NCBI GenBank assembly: GCA_031367385.1
Contig: JANLPS010000130.1
Coordinates: 1 to 25,505 of the forward strand
DNA: 25,505 nucleotides
Reading direction: 5' to 3'
From: Archangium sp.
GTDB lineage: Bacteria; Myxococcota; Myxococcia; Myxococcales; Myxococcaceae
A model generated the notes under the pieces. It saw only the letters and a program-made list of their open reading frames with translations, was not told where the DNA came from and searched no databases. Shown here piece by piece: positions 24,232 through 25,505 of this stretch (position 1 is its first letter; every line of letters begins with the position of its first letter). The translations under genes were made by a program, and so were the position numbers.

Positions 24232-24879
24232 ATGAAAACCGACCTTCAGCTCAAGCAAGACATCGAGCAGCAACTCCGTGGCGACCCGAGGCTCAACGCC
24301 GCGCATGTGGGCGTTACCGTTGACCAAGGCGCGGTGACCCTCTTCGGCGCCGTCGACAGTTACGCCGAGAAGTGGGCCGCCGAAGAGACCACCAAGCAGG
24401 TCGGCGGAGTTCATACCGTGGCCCACGACCTCACCGTGCGGCTGGGCTCGACGCATGCGCGCTCCGACACCGAGCTCGCCGTGGCGGTCGAGCACGCCCT
24501 GGAGTGGGACGTCTACGTACCCGCCGGAGTCAAAGCGAGCGTCGAGAATGGGGCAGTGAGGCTCAATGGCCTCGTGACCTGGAACTTCGAACGCGACGCG
24601 GCCGAGCGGGCGGTGCGCAACCTGACCGGAGTGGTGAAGGTCTCGAATTCGATTGAGCTCACCCCCCACGCCTCGGCCGACCGGGTCAAAGACAGGGTGC
24701 AAGCCGCGCTCGACCGGCAGGCCCACGACGGAGAGAGCTCGATTCTGGTCGAGGCAGCGGGCGGGCAGGTCACCCTGTCGGGTCATGCGAGCTCATGGCA
24801 GGCCATCGAAGACGCGAGGCTGGCCGCGTGGTCAGCGCCGGGAGTCACCGCAGTGATTCAGAAGCTTCGCTGCCAATAA
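24232..24879 (+). CDS. BON-domain protein (three BON domains, OsmY-like, no obvious signal peptide)
   Basis: MKTD.QLKQD, V.V..G.VTL.G.V, AV.NL.GV..VSN.I and A..AAWSAPGVT.V. Purine-rich RBS upstream. Confidence 0.92.
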   Translation: MKTDLQLKQDIEQQLRGDPRLNAAHVGVTVDQGAVTLFGAVDSYAEKWAAEETTKQVGGVHTVAHDLTVRLGSTHARSDTELAVAVEHALEWDVYVPAGVKASVENGAVRLNGLVTWNFERDAAERAVRNLTGVVKVSNSIELTPHASADRVKDRVQAALDRQAHDGESSILVEAAGGQVTLSGHASSWQAIEDARLAAWSAPGVTAVIQKLRCQ

Positions 24880-25505
24880 TCATTCGTCTACCAGGGCGAG
24901 AACGGGCCGCACTCCGGTGCTGTATTCTTTGAGCCGGTACTGAATCTTTCGAACGCTGATGCCGAGCAACTCGGCGGCGCGGGCAGTCGAGCCATCAACC
25001 GACTCGAGGGTGCGTAAGATCGCTTCGCGCTCGAGCTCGAACAGGTTCGTCGTCGCGGGAGCGAGCGAAGGGTCGAGCGGCCGAGGCCCCATCAGTGACG
25101 ACGGCAGGTCATCGGCGGTGAGCTCGGTGGTGCTCGACAACACGACCGCCCGTTCGATGGCATTCTCGAGCTCCCGAACGTTGCCCGGCCAGCTGTGACG
25201 GAGCAGCGCGTTGAGCAGACCCGGCGCCAACCCGGAGATCGCCTTGCCGTGCGCCGCGGAGAACTTGTCGACGAAGTGGCTGACCAGCGCGGGGATGTCG
25301 CCTTTGCGCGTGCGCAGCGGAGGCAAGGTCACCGCGACGACGTTGAGGCGGTAATACAGGTCTTCTCGAAAGCGGCCGGCCTTGACCTCGGCCTCGAGGT
25401 CTCGATTGGTGGCGGCGACCACCCGCACGTCGACCTTCACCGTCTGCGTGCCTCCCACCCGCTCGAACTCGTGCGATTGCAGCACCCGCAGCAGCTTCAC
25501 CTGCA
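24880..25505 (-). CDS. Sigma54-dependent transcriptional activator (NtrC/Fis family), C-terminal part
   Basis: [47 protein letters not shown] and a Fis-type [22 protein letters not shown]. The 5' end lies outside the window. Confidence 0.96.
   Translation of the reverse strand, partial: QVKLLRVLQSHEFERVGGTQTVKVDVRVVAATNRDLEAEVKAGRFREDLYYRLNVVAVTLPPLRTRKGDIPALVSHFVDKFSAAHGKAISGLAPGLLNALLRHSWPGNVRELENAIERAVVLSSTTELTADDLPSSLMGPRPLDPSLAPATTNLFELEREAILRTLESVDGSTARAAELLGISVRKIQYRLKEYSTGVRPVLALVDE

Noticed and set aside
24870..24890. Terminator between the convergent BON and activator genes
   Set aside because: The stop codons abut directly (TAA at 24877-24879, TCA at 24880-24882) and no hairpin is evident.

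Overview
GC-rich bacterial chromosomal window, most likely from a myxobacterium (Myxococcota). This is inferred from a MYXO-CTERM-like tail, PDAG/DGG-rich lipoproteins, a DUF1592/DUF1552 pair and sigma54-type regulation. It holds about 25 CDSs and no rRNA, tRNA, CRISPR array or transposase. Left to right: partial cheW and a CheY-like receiver; two secreted hypotheticals, one with a pilin-like C-terminus; an FBP_C zinc-finger protein; a large surface protein with a 15-bp VNTR; a lipoprotein/metallophosphoesterase/CBM9-like/MacB-permease run; a DUF1592-DUF1552 pair; a PepSY-RR-HK-TolC-MFP-RND-YncE efflux operon; a coupled DUF455 di-iron + ATP-grasp pair; a baeRF-like protein, a small hypothetical and a BON protein around candidate divergent sigma54 promoters; and the 3' part of an NtrC-family activator. 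The most notable signals are (1) the uncharacterised ferritin-like di-iron/ATP-grasp two-gene module, (2) a REP-doublet-like palindromic element read in frame inside the leader of the RND adaptor gene, (3) two relic copies of the MacB 3' end with a strong synonymous bias, followed by tandem 20-bp palindromes, and (4) a candidate sigma54-controlled dormancy module. All family calls come from motif recognition by eye; no database search was run.
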